Shown here piece after piece: positions 23,627-35,689 of a DNA stretch of 64,000 bases. This DNA comes from Squalus acanthias (taxonomy: Eukaryota). The translations under genes and the position numbers were made by a program. The DNA is taken from assembly GCA_030390025.1 (NCBI GenBank), contig CM059431.1, forward strand, positions 131,938,001 through 132,002,000, in the 5' to 3' direction. Positions within the stretch are counted from its first letter, which is position 1. Each line of letters starts with the position of its first letter. The notes beneath the pieces were generated by a model that did no database searches, was not told the origin of the DNA, and was given only the letters and a program-made list of their open reading frames with translations.

Positions 23627-23732
23627 TGCTGTTAAATGTGGCAGGGCCTGCGGGAAACCCATTCTCCCAGGTTTCCTGACCGCTTTCTAGGCCCCCCGCT
23701 CCCAACCCACCTTCAGATTAAAATTCTGACCA

Positions 23733-24095
23733 TAGTCTCTGTTGTTGTGTAGGCTAACACAGCAGCAAATTTGAGCACAGTGAGGTCCCAGGAGCAACAA
23801 TGAGACAAATGATCTGTTACCTGTTTTGTTGGCATAGTTTGAGGGATGAATATTGGCCAGAACATGGGAAACCCCCCCTGCTTTAATTTGAATAGTACAT
23901 TGGAATCTTTTATGCCCACCTGAACAAGCAAATCGCGTCTCAGTTTAACATTTCATCCGAAAGATGGAACGTCCACCAATGCACCGCTCCCTCAGTACTG
24001 CACTGAAGTGTCAGCCTTGATTATTTGTTCAAGCGGGGCTTGAACCCACAACCTTTTGACTCAGAGGTGACAGTGTTATCACTGAACCAAGCTGA
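23733..24095 (-). mobile_element. DeuSINE-like SINE
   Basis: Homologous to 17290-17630. Confidence 0.7.
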
Positions 24096-24377
24096 TGCTT
24101 GAACCTTTATATCTATATGTATGATTAATATAATAATTTTAAAAGGAGCAGTCTAATTTGGATATTTTTTTGATGTGAAACAAAGAAATCCTTTTCTTAT
24201 AATATGCGGTGCCACATCATGTGCTGTGCTGTATCTAGAATGTTACACAAGTCAACAGTATGGAAGATCTTTGATAGAAATTGCTCTGTTAACAGCTGAA
24301 GTTGTCCCAAAATTCCCACTCCTACTCTCGTGCCCTCAAGATGACTTGGCTCGGAGTCTTACTGTGTCCAAGTAATT

Positions 24378-25195
24378 TTTTTTTATTCGTTCATCGGATC
24401 TGGGCGTTGCTGCCAAAGCCAGCATTTATTGCCCATCCCTAATTGCCATTGAGAAGGGGGTGGTGAGCCGTCTTCTTGAACCGCTGCAGTCTGTGTGGTG
24501 AAGGTACTCCCACAGTGTTGTTAGGGAGGGAGTTCCAGGATTTTGACCCAGCGACGATGAAGGAACGGCGATATACTTCCTTCCAAGTCAGGATAGTGTG
24601 TGACTTGGAGGGGAACTTGGAGGTCGAGGGTTTGGGAGGTGCTGCTGAAGAAACCTTGGCGAGTTGCTGCAGTTCATCTTGTAGATGGTACACACTGCAG
24701 CCACGGTACGCCGGTGGTGGAGGAAGTGAATGTTTAAGGTGGTGGATGGAGTGCCAATCAAGCAGGCTGCTTTGTCCTGGATGATGTCGAGCTTCTTGAG
24801 TGTTGTTGGAGCTGCACTCATCCAGGCAAGTGGAGAGTATTCCATCACACTCCTTACTTGTGCCTTGTAGATGGTGGAAAGGCTTTGGGTAGTCAGGAGG
24901 TGAGACACTCTCCTGCTCTTGTTGCCACAGTATTTATGTGGCTGCTCCAGTTAAGTTTCTGGTCAATGGTGACCCCCAGGATGTTGATGGTGGGGGATTC
25001 AGCAATGGTTATGCCATTGAATGTCAAGGGGCGGTGGTTTGACGCTCACTTGTTGGAGATAGTCATTGCCTGGCACTTGTGTGGCGCGAATGTTACCTGC
25101 CACTTATCAGCCCAAGCCTGAATGTTGTTCAGGTCTTGTTGCATGCGGGCATGGACTGTTTCATTATCTGAGGAGTTGCGAATGGCACTGAATGC
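24378..25195 (-). mobile_element. LINE family B 3' fragment
   Basis: ORFs MQQDLNNIQAWADKWQVTFAPHKC and STIYKAQVRSVMEYSPLAW; same 3' end as 8360-8420. Confidence 0.9.
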
Positions 25196-25839
25196 TGAAT
25201 AATGAAGCACAATCATGTTCTGCACTTTGGGAGCCAAAAAGAATGAATCAGCAATTATTTTGTTGTCTTTCCCAGACTCATTTATTCAGCATTTTAGCAA
25301 CTATCACAGTTGTTTCATAACTGATCTGTCATTATTTTTCTTTAAGTAAGCAGTGCTGACTATTTCCTGTGGTTCAGAAATTTTTGTTTCTGTACATATC
25401 TCTAGAGGTAAGAAAAAAAGACCAGGCTTCACAGAGACTGGTAGGATGCTGATCAATGGTCCATGGTGGGATCCTAGTTGGAGTACTGGTTAACATTAAA
25501 ATAATTTGATAGCAAAATACTGCGGATGCTGGAAATCTGAAATAACAACAGAAAACGCTGGAAAAACTCAGCAGGCCAGGCAGCATCCATTTGTTGGTTG
25601 ATGGAGACACAATGGATTAATGATGTAGTCCCCATATTGTAATTATGGTTAAATTGAAGTATCTTGGAGTTGGGGGATGGGCAACACGAATATTAGAAGT
25701 TGTAATGAAGTAAAGTTTCTGGGTTAGGAATTTGACAAGCCCTCAAATAAAATTTAGGCTTTCTATTTATTGCAGAGACTTTGGGGGTAATTTCCACATT
25801 GACTTCAGCAGAAAGGAACATTGGGCATTGGTGATCCCA

Positions 25840-28645
25840 GTAGCCCTGCAAATTTTTTTCTTCCGGTACTTATCCAACTCACTTTTGAAAGCCACAATTG
25901 AATCTGCCTCCACCACCCTTTCAGGCATTGCATTCTGGATCATAACCACTTGCTGTGTGAAAATGTTTTTCCTCATGTTGCCTTTGGTTCTTCTGCCAAT
26001 CACCTTAAATCTGTGTCCTCTGGTTCTCGACCCTTCCACCAATGGGAACAGTTTCTCTCTATCTACTCTGTCTAGACCCCTCATGATTTTTAACAGCTTT
26101 ATCAAATCTCCTCTCAACCTTCTCTGCCCTAAGGAAAACAACCCCAGCTTCTCCAGTCTATCCACGTAACTCAAGTCCCTCATCCCTGAAATCATTCTTG
26201 TAAATCTTTTCTGCACCCTCTCTAAGGCCTTCACATCCTTCCTAAAGTGCGGTGCCCAGAACTGGACACAATATTCCAGTTGAGGCTGAACCAGAGTTTT
26301 ATAAAGTTTCATCATAACTTCCTTGCTTTTGTACACTATGCCTCTATTTATGAAGCCCAGTGTCCTGTATGCTTTTTTAACCGCTTTCTCAACCTGCCCT
26401 GCCACCTTCAACAATTTGTGCACATATACCCCCCCAGGTCTCTCTGTTCATGTACCCCCTTTAGAACTGTACCCTTTTAGTTTATATTGCCTCTCCTCGT
26501 TCTTCCTACCAAAATGTATCACTTTGCACTTTTCTGCGTTAAATTTCATCTGCCACGTGTCCGCCCATTCCACCAGCCTGTCTATGTCTTCTTGAAGTCT
26601 ATCACTATCCTCCTCACTGTTCACTATACTTCCAAGTTTTGTGTCATCTGCAAATTTTGAAATTGTGCCCTGTACACCCAAGACCAAATCATTAATATAT
26701 ATCAAGCAAAGCAGTGGTCCTAGTACCGACCCCTGGGGAACCACACTGTGTACTTTCCTCCAGTCCGATAAACAACCATTCACCACTACTCTCTGTTTCC
26801 TGTCACTTAGCCAATTTCGTATCCATACTGCCACTGTCTCTTTTATACCATGGGCTTCAACTTTGCTGGCAAGCCTATTATGTGGCACTTTATCAAACGC
26901 CTTTTGGAAGTCCATGTACACTACATCAACCGCATTGCCCTCAACAACCCTCTCTGTTACCTCATCACAATTTGCCTTCAACAAATCCGTGCTGGCTTTC
27001 CTTAATTAATCCACACTTGTCCAAGTGACTGTTAATTTTGTCCCAGATTATCGTTTCTAAAAGCTTCCCCACTACTGAGGTTAAACTGACTGGCCTGTAG
27101 TTGCTGGGTTTATCCTTACGCCCTTTTTCGAACAAGGGTATAACATTTGCAATTCTCCAGTCCTCTGGCACCAGCCCTGTATCTAAGGAGGATTGGAAGA
27201 TTATGGCCAGTACCTCCGCAATTTCCACCTTTACTTCCCTTAGCACCCCAGGATGAATCCCATCCGTTCCTGATGACTTTTCTACTTTAAGTACAGCCAG
27301 CCTTTCTAGTACCTCCTCCTTAACAATTTTTATCCCATCCAGTATCTCAACTACCTCCTCTTTCTCTATAACTTTGGCAGCATCTTCTTCCTTGGTAAAG
27401 ACAGATGCAAAGTACTCATTTAGTACCTCAGCCATGCCCTCTGCCTCCATGTGTAGGTCTCCATTTTGGTCTCTAATCGGCCCCACCCCGACTCTTACTA
27501 CCCGTTTACTATTTATATGCCTATAGAAGACTTTTAGATTCCCTTTTATGGTAGCTGCCAATCTATTCTCATACTCTATCTTTGCCCCTCCCCGGCCTGT
27601 ACAGGTCCCACCTCCCCCAGAACCGGTCCCAATGTCCCACAAATCTAAAGCCCTCCCTCCTGCACCATCTCTCCAGCCACGCATTCATCTGCTCTATCCT
27701 CCTATTTCTATACTCTATAGCTCGTAACACCGGGAGTAATCCGGAGATTACTACCTTTGAGGTCCTACTTTTTAATCTCTTTCCTAGCTCCCTAAAATCT
27801 CGCCACAGACCTCATCCCTCTTTCTACCTATGTCATTGATACCGATATGGACCACGACCTCTGGCTGTTCACCCTCCCCCCTCAAAATGTTCTGCAGCCG
27901 CTCAATGACATCCTTGACCCTGGCACCAGGGAGGCAACATACCATCCTGGAATCACGTCTGCGACCGCAGAAACACCTGTTTGTTCCTCTAATTATCGAA
28001 TCTCCTATCACTATTGCTTTTCCAATCTTCCTCCTCCCCCCCTGTACAGCTGAGCCAGCCGTGGTGCCATGGATTTGGCTCTGGCTGTAATCCCAGAGGA
28101 ACCATTGCCCTCACCAGTACTGGTTGGAGAGGGAGATGCACTCAGGGGACTCCTGCACTACCTGCCTGGTCCTCCTTGTCTGTCTGACGGTCACCCATTC
28201 CCTCTCTGCCTGCACACTCTTACGCTGCGGGGTGACCACCCTCCTGAAACATGCTATCCACGTAGCTCTCAGCCTCACGGATGCATCGCAATGACACCAG
28301 CTGCTGCTCAAGCTCTGAAACCCAGAGCTCGAGCTCCTCCAGCTGACGACACTACCTGCACATGTGGTTGTCCAGGACACGGAAAGTGTCCTGGAGTCAC
28401 CACATGGCCCAAGATGTGCATTCCACGTACCGAGGTGCCCTGCCATGCCTCTACTTAATAGACTATTAAGTAACTTAACAGAAATAAACTTAAGACTTAA
28501 AAAAAACACCAACTACTCACCAAGCAGCTCCTTCCTTTGCACTGACATCACTTTCCTCGCTCCCTGACACTCGCGCTCCCTCCGGGCTCTTGGGCCTACC
28601 TTTATCTGCGGTCACTCCTCTCGCTCTCCCGCAGGTCTGCTCTCG
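25840..28645 (-). mobile_element. Near full-length CR1 with ORF1 (zinc finger/esterase) and an internal deletion of the endonuclease
   Basis: ORF1 motifs GDSIIRG, CLPGARV, VVVHIGINDIG. The junction at ~27590 fuses the ORF1 end to the post-endonuclease linker. RT motifs DFQKAFD, PQGSVLGP, FADD. Confidence 0.9.
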
Positions 28646-28974
28646 TGTCTATTAACTTAGAGACCTTGGGTTTTGTGGCTCCACTCCTCCTTTTCAGTCA
28701 GATGTCTCCAAAAATGACCATGAAAGATGCCAAAATGTTGTAATTCTTGGCTGAAGGGTCTTGGGATCCATTTTTCATGGGTCCTACTTTTAAGAGAATG
28801 ATGTTTGCAGAGCATCAATATTGGTGTGGACATTGGGGGCTGTATCAGACCATGTACTGTTGGGTAGCTCGGGTGGAGCACATGGAGCATGACGTCCACC
28901 ATTGAGCATCTGGCAACTCTGGGAACATCTGCACTGGAGAACACATGACAGACACCCTAAGGCCAGTCTGTACT

Positions 28975-31900
28975 TAGAAACATAGAAACATAGAAAAATA
29001 GGAGCAGGAGTAGGCCATTCGGCCCTTCGAGCCTAATCCGCCATTCAATATGATCATGGCTGATCCTCTATCTCAATACCATATTCCCGCTCTCTCCCCA
29101 TACCCCTTGACATCTTTTGCGTCTAGAAATCTATCTATCTCCTTAAATATATTCAGTGACTTGGCCTCCACAGGTTCACCACCCTCTGAGTGAAGAAGTT
29201 TCTCCTCATCTCAGTCCTAAATGTCCTACCCCATATCCTGAGACTGTGACCCCTCGTTCTAGACCCCCCCAGCCAGGGGAAACATCCTCCCTGCATCCAG
29301 TCTGTCTAGCCCTGTCAGAATTTTATACGTTTCAATGAGATCCCCTCTCATTCTTCTAAACTCTAGTGAATACAGGCCTAGTCGACCCGATCTCTCCTCA
29401 TACGACAGTCCTGCCTTCCCAGGAATCAGTCTGGTGAACCTTCGCTGCACTCCCTCTATGGCAAGTATATCCTTTCTTAGATAAGGAGACCAAAACTACA
29501 CACAGTACTCCAGGTGTGGTCTCACCAAGGCCCTGTACAACTGTAGTAAGACATCCTTGCTCCTGTACTCAAATCCTCTTGCAATGAAGGCCAACATACC
29601 ATTTGCCTTCCAAACTGCTTGCTGCACCTGCATGTTTGCTTTCAGTGACTGGTGTACAAGGACACCCAGGTTCCTTTGTACATCAGCATTTCCCAATCTA
29701 TCACTATTTAAATAATACTCTACATTTCTGTTTTTCCTACCAAAGTAGATAACTTCACATTTATTCACGTTATACTGCATCTGCCATGTATTGGCCCACT
29801 CACACAACTTGTCTAAATCGCCTTGAAGCCTCTTTGCATCCTCCTCACAACTCACAATCCCACCTAGTTTTGTGTCGTCAGCAAACTTGGAAATATTACA
29901 TTTGGTTCCCTCATCCAAATCATTGATATATATTGTGAATAGCTGGGGCTCAAGGACTGATCCCTGCGGTACCCCACTAGTCACCGCCTGCCACCCCGAA
30001 AAAAACCCATTTATTCCTACTCTCTGTTTCTTGTCTGTTAACCATGCCAGTATATTACCTCCAATCCCATGTGCTTTAATTTTGCACACTAACCCCTTAT
30101 GTGGGACTTTATCAAAGGCCTTCTGAAAATCCAAATACACCACATCCACTGGTTCTCCCTTATCTATTCTACCAGTTACATCCTCAAAAAACTCCAGTAG
30201 GTTTGTCAAACACAATTTCCCTTTCATAAATCCATGTTGACTTTGTCTAATCCCGTTGATATTTTCTAAGTGTCCTGTTATCACATCCTTTATAACAGAC
30301 TGTAGCATTTTCCCTACTACTGATGTTAGGCTAACTGGTCTGTAGTTCCCGGTTTTCTCTCTCCCTCCTTTTTTAAATAGTGGGGTTACATTTGCCACCC
30401 TCCAATCTGCCGGAACTGTTCCATAATTTATAGAATTTTGGGAGATGACAACCAATGCATCCACTATTTCCATGGCTACCTCTTTTAGTACTCTGGGATA
30501 CAGATTCTCAGGTCCTGGGGATTTATCAGCATTCAGTCCCATTAATTTCTCCAGCACTATTTTTTTATTAATATTAATTTCCTTTAATTCCTCCTTCTCA
30601 CTAGACCCTTGGTTTCCTCGCATTTCTGGGAAGTTATTTGTGTCCTCTTCCGTGAAGACAGAACTAAAGTATTTGTTTAATTGCTTGCCATTTCCTTGTT
30701 CCCCATTATAAATTCTCCCGTTTCTGACTGTAAGGGACCTACATTTGTCTTCACTAATCTTTTTCTTTTTACATACTTGTAGAAGCTTTTACAGTCCACT
30801 TTTATGTTCCTTGCAAGTTTACTCTCATTCTCTATTTTTCCCCTCTTAATCTCTTGGTCCTTTTTTGCTGAACTCTAAACTGTTCCCAATCCTCAGGCTT
30901 GCTACTTTTTCTGGCAACTTTATATGACTCCTCTTTGGATCTAATACTATCCTTAATTTCTTTTGTTAGCCATGGTTAGGCCGCTTTTCCTTTTGTGTTT
31001 TTGTGCCAGAAAGGAATGTATAACTGTTGCAATTCATGCATTCGATCCTTAAATGTTAGCCATTGCCTATCCACTGTCATGCCTTTTAATGAAGCTCCCC
31101 AATCTATCATAGCCAACTCACTCCTCATACCATCGTAGTTTCCTTTGTTTAGATTTAGGACCCTAGTTTCGAATTGGACTTCTTCACTTTCCATCTTAAT
31201 GAAGGATTCAGCTTGTTATGGTCACTCTTCCCTAAAGGACCCCGCACAACAAGATTATTAATTAACCCCTTCTCGTTGCACAATACCCAATCTAGGATAG
31301 CCTGTTCCCTAGTTGGCTCCTCAACATACTGGTCTAAAAAACCATCTTGTACACACTCCAGGAATTCATCCTCCACAGTATTATTGCTAATTTGGTTTGG
31401 CCAGTCTATATGTAGATTAAAGTCTCCCATGATTACTGTAGTACCCTTGTTACATGCATCTCTAATTTCCTGTTTGATGCCGTCCTCTACATTACCACTA
31501 CTGTTTGGAGGGCTATAGACAACTCCCACCAATGTTTTCTGCCCCTTGGTGCTCCTTAGCTCCACCCAGACTGATTCTACATCTTGATTTTCTGAGCCAA
31601 TATTCTTTCTCACTATTGCTCTGATTTCATCTTTTACTAACAACGCCACCCCACCTCCTTTTCCTTTTTGCCTGTCCTTCCTAAATATCGAATATCCTTG
31701 GATATTCAGCTCCCAACCTTGGTCACCCTGCAGCCATGCCTCCGTAATTGCAATTATATCGTATCTGTTTACATCTGTTTGCGCTGTTAATTTGTCTACC
31801 TTATTATGAATGCTTCGTGCATTCAGATACAGTGCCTTTAGATTTGTCTTTTTAACATTTTTAGACATCTTAACATTTTTTTGTACTATGGCCCTATTTG

Positions 31901-32150
31901 TCTTATTACCATTTTTTCTTCCCCGGATCCTATTTGTTAGTGCACTCTTTTGTTTGTACACTCTGTCCCTTCCTGACACAATCTGGTTATCCTTACCCCC
32001 AATCACTTTCCTGCACTGCTTCCTTGTCTTTTCTCTTTAGCATTCTAAATTTCTCTCCACCGGGACCCTCCCCCCAGTTAGTTAGTTTAAAGCCCTAGTT
32101 ATTCAATTTGCTAGAACTCTGGTCCCAGCACAGAACAGCTCTCTCTTTCC
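28975..32150 (-). mobile_element. CR1 LINE with frameshifted ORF2 (EN+RT)
   Basis: ORF 31155-32006 (YLNARS, GDFN, SDH) and ORF 29496-30623 (QHGF, DFQKAFD, FADD); (TTTCTATG)n tail at 28975-28996. Confidence 0.95.
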
Positions 32151-32799
32151 TCTTTCCTCCATTGATGCAGACTGCTGCCATAGAAACCTCGGGCATCAGA
32201 TTGGAGACTGTTCTGTCTTCGGACTTTGAATGGCCTGGGAACTGGTTACAGAAAACCATGCGTTAGGGCTTCACTGGTCTCACTCGTACCATTATGTCTG
32301 CTTTCTCACAGTTCAGCCTCCCCGGTGAGCTAGTGCCCAGTATTAGTGACATGGTAGAGATGGGCATAGATGATGTTGCTGTCTCTCAAGCTAGATGCAC
32401 GCCCTCCTACCATCACTCCTCTGATGTTTGCACATGTAGCTCAGGAAGTGCATCCTGCAGCAGGTTCACATTAAGACATAGCTGACATGAAACAAGGGCT
32501 GCCTCAGTTCAGAAGGCTCCTATTGTAACACAGCAGTCAGTAACCTCATGCACTTCTGTCATCAACAAAGCAGAAGACTACATTTGAAAGTACATGCATC
32601 ACAGACTGTCATCAAGGGGAAGAACCATGGAAGCACCCATACAATATGATTTCACATTAAGATTATAACTGCACTAAAGGTGCATTCTTTTGAGATGTTG
32701 CGGAAGCAGTTTTCATGTAATAGTATGAATGGGAACTTTGTGAGTTGTGTAGAGAAAGATCTTTAGGTGATTGCATATTCATTGAGGGAAGGAGGAAGA

Positions 32800-33135
32800 T
32801 GTACATAAGACAAGTTTACTTCAACAGCACCTCCCTCCTCCGCGACCTTTACTACGGACAAGAACAAGAGCAGCAATGTCATGTGAACATCATCAAATCC
32901 AAGTTCCTTCTGAGTCACACACCATCCTGACTTGGACATATAACGCCATTTTCTCATTGTTGCTGGCTTGATATCCTGGAATTCCATACCTAACATCATT
33001 GTCGGTTCACCATCACCACTTGGACTACAGCAGCTGATGGAGAATGGCAACTATCACCTTCTTAGGGTAGCTGGAGCGGGACAATAAATATAGCCTTGCC
33101 AGCATCACCCATATTGCGAGAACAAGTTAAAAAAA
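32800..33135 (+). mobile_element. Degenerate LINE family B 3' end
   Basis: agtcacacaccatcctgacttgga..aataaatatagccttgccagc..aaaaaaaa. Confidence 0.75.
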
Positions 33136-33299
33136 AGGACTCTTAATACATTAGTCCTATATGGTAATCAGGAAAAGGTCTCCTGCATGAGGGTGGCACA
33201 GATATTTCTTGCAACCAGTAGCAGATTGTACTTTGCATCCTTCAGGCTGCTGCTCTATTTGTTGCTTTTCTTGCTCTTAGGGACCTTCCTCCTCCGGGG

Positions 33300-34960
33300 C
33301 ATCACTGATGACTCCTCCCTGTAACACAAAGTTGTGCAACATGTAGCATACAATCATGATCCTGGAGACCCAAGCAAGATGCCCCAGATTGATCTAGGCA
33401 CCTAAAGCTTACATTGAACATGCCAATGCTGTGCTTAATTATTACTCTGATGTATGAATGGACTTTGTTATACCAGCGCTCAGCTCAGCTCAGGAGTATT
33501 GGCATGGTGGATTGCCTAAAAATGAACACATTGTGGCAACTCCCAGGGTAGCCTAATGCAGTTATGCCGTCGCAAACAATTTGTGCACTGAGAGTTGAAT
33601 CATTTTCTGTTGATGTAGGTGGTGGTGGCATTGAGCAAGGGAGCATATAGGGCCACATGGGTGCAAACAATGGGTCCTTGGATCTTTGAGAATCCTGCTA
33701 CTCTTTAAAGTTGCAATGTCCTGTCATGGTGCTGCTGGTTGTCCATGGGGATAGAGATGAAACTGCTTGCTCTAGCATACAATGGTCCAGAATTTGCAGT
33801 GGGTATGACGGTGTACTCGGAGTACGCTGCCATACCGCCTTTGAAATGGACAGAAAATTCGGGATTTCCGCATGTACTTGTGCATGCGCTAAATCCCGAA
33901 CTTGCGATCTGTCAAGTTACAACTTGACAAATGATCTGCACCGATGGGGAAATCCTCACGGCTGCCGCAGAGTTGGGCTAATTGCCCACCAACCGCTCAG
34001 CATAAGGGGATAACTCAAAAGATCGAAATCATCCTTCGGCATGTTTTAACATCATTTTCATCTCGGATTGTTTGGTTGTCTAGGAGGGAAATTATATATC
34101 AGTCATTTGCAAAAGTGCTGTTGTATTTTTCCCCCCATTGCCGAGATTTTGTACTGAAGTCTGTGGCTAATGCAAAGGGACCATTATTAAATAAGAGGCG
34201 GTCAGGGCCATCAGTGAGACTACAGACCGTCAGAGCAGCGGTCTGCTATTGATGCAGTTCCTTGTTGAAGCACTTCTCCCAATATATTCTCAGCAGTTGG
34301 ACTCTTCAATTTTCTGCGATCCGAGTGTACCTTTTGAGGTGTTTGAATTGATTCATAGATCGCCATCCCCATTCATAACTCAACTTCGTTAATTAAACAT
34401 ACACAAAAATGTATAGATGTTTATGCACATTTAAATCATGGAAGGCTCTAGTAATGAGGGTTTAAATGAATGAGAGACCTTCTGTTTCCTGATTGGAACA
34501 CCAGGCCCTCATAATCCCATGTATGCTTACGCCCATGCTGCTCCCCTGGGGTCCGTGGGCTATTACGCTGCCCTCTAATACGCAGCATCAAACAGCAAGT
34601 TCATGAAGGAGGGTCCCCATCAGGTAAGTGCGCATTCTATTCGGATGCCAGCGGCATACTCCGTAGATATGCCGCCGACCGCAATGTCCAGGCCAATGTA
34701 TCAGTAACTTGATTAGTGCATCAGTGCACAACTGATCAGCTAAAGCAGGTAATGTCCCTCACGGCAGCCTGGAATGTTGAGGGATGTTGTGTCCTTAACA
34801 ACCACTGGCAGTATGCTGCCTATGATGGAGATGGGCTGGTAGGCATGTGATGTAACTAAGTGACAGCTTCTTTTATAAAGCAAGGCCTCCACATGTACTG
34901 TTTCTCTTACAAATGCAGGTATGTGTGCCTCTTGCTATATATTCTGGTGTGGGGTACTGG
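33300..34960 (-). pseudogene. Nearly complete but decayed Harbinger transposase gene, split by a MITE (33784-34694)
   Basis: Manual translation in order: RIYSKRHTYLHL*EKQYMWRPCFIKEAVT, LPVVVK..FQAA, QVTDTL|YARASSFISIP, RVAGFSKIQGPIVCTHVAL..YINRK, VCD..YPGSCHNVFIFRQS, EHSIGMFNVSFRCLD, IMIVCYMLHNF. These are colinear with HARBI1/DDE_Tnp_4 motifs. Confidence 0.85.
33784..34694. mobile_element. Harbinger-type MITE (family D)
   Basis: TSD AAT (33781-33783, 34695-34697); ends and an internal gatctgtcaag..cttgaca hairpin are shared with 63346-63691; removing it restores the transposase frame. Confidence 0.8.
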
Positions 34961-34979
34961 TAAGTGGTGCTGTATCCTC

Positions 34980-35290
34980 TGCTGAAAACTGAGGCAAGGC
35001 ACTTTTTTAATGTCTCTGCCATTTCCTCATTTTCAACTACGTGCTTGCCTCCTTCATCCCTTAATGCCTGTAACCCTGCCTTGCCTATCCTCTTGCTACT
35101 AATGCGCCTACAGAAAGCCTATTTATTGCCCTTCTTGTTGTTTGCTAATTATATCTTATACTGTCTCTTAGCCTTTGTAAATTTCCTTTTTTGCAGCTTT
35201 CCTTGATTGTTATTATCTTCCCTGTAAGCCCTAATTGCTTCTTTCTTCAGTTTCACATTTGATCTAATCTTTCCATTCATCCATGGATAG
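34980..35290 (-). mobile_element. Old CR1 linker fragment
   Basis: PWMNGKIRSNVKLKKEA and aatgtctctgccatttcc (EMAETL) resemble the CR1 EN-RT linker. Confidence 0.6.
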
Positions 35291-35419
35291 AGACATTGAA
35301 TGTAAAAGCAACGAAGTGATGTGTTTATATGAGACATTGGTTAAACTACAATCTCAGCATCCCTTTATAGGAAAGATACTAGAGCCATGGGAAGGGTACT
35401 TTTAAAAAGGCCTTGTTTC

Positions 35420-35525
35420 TCAGTTCTGACAAAGGGTTTCGACCTGAAACGTTAACTCTGTTTCTCTCTCCACGGATGTTGCCTGGCCTGCTGAGTGTTT
35501 CCAGCATTTTCTGTTGTTGTTTCTT
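35420..35525 (+). mobile_element. Penelope-like pseudo-LTR fragment with mutated hammerhead core (CTGACAA)
   Basis: Close match to 17048-17155. Confidence 0.75.
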
Positions 35526-35689
35526 GTTTCCCACAGTACTACATGAGTGACATGTTGTGATTGGGCTGCTTCTGAAGAATGAATCAGCATAAATATCTGT
35601 GCCATTAGGCCTGCTGTCACACCTTAAATTGAGATTGGAGCTTCTGTTTACACTACTCTCAATCAGGTGTCCATCCTGCCACGGTACTG

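Larger units (their letters stand above)
22473..23731. mobile_element. MITE family C with C-rich low-complexity core (22840-23300); inserted in a SINE and hosting a Penelope insertion
   Basis: The left end is the reverse complement of 62860-63041 (ggggaattctaaccccaaaaaacgggtgggttgggg). The SINE tail (22390-22470) and body (23733-24095) are separated by it. Confidence 0.7.
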
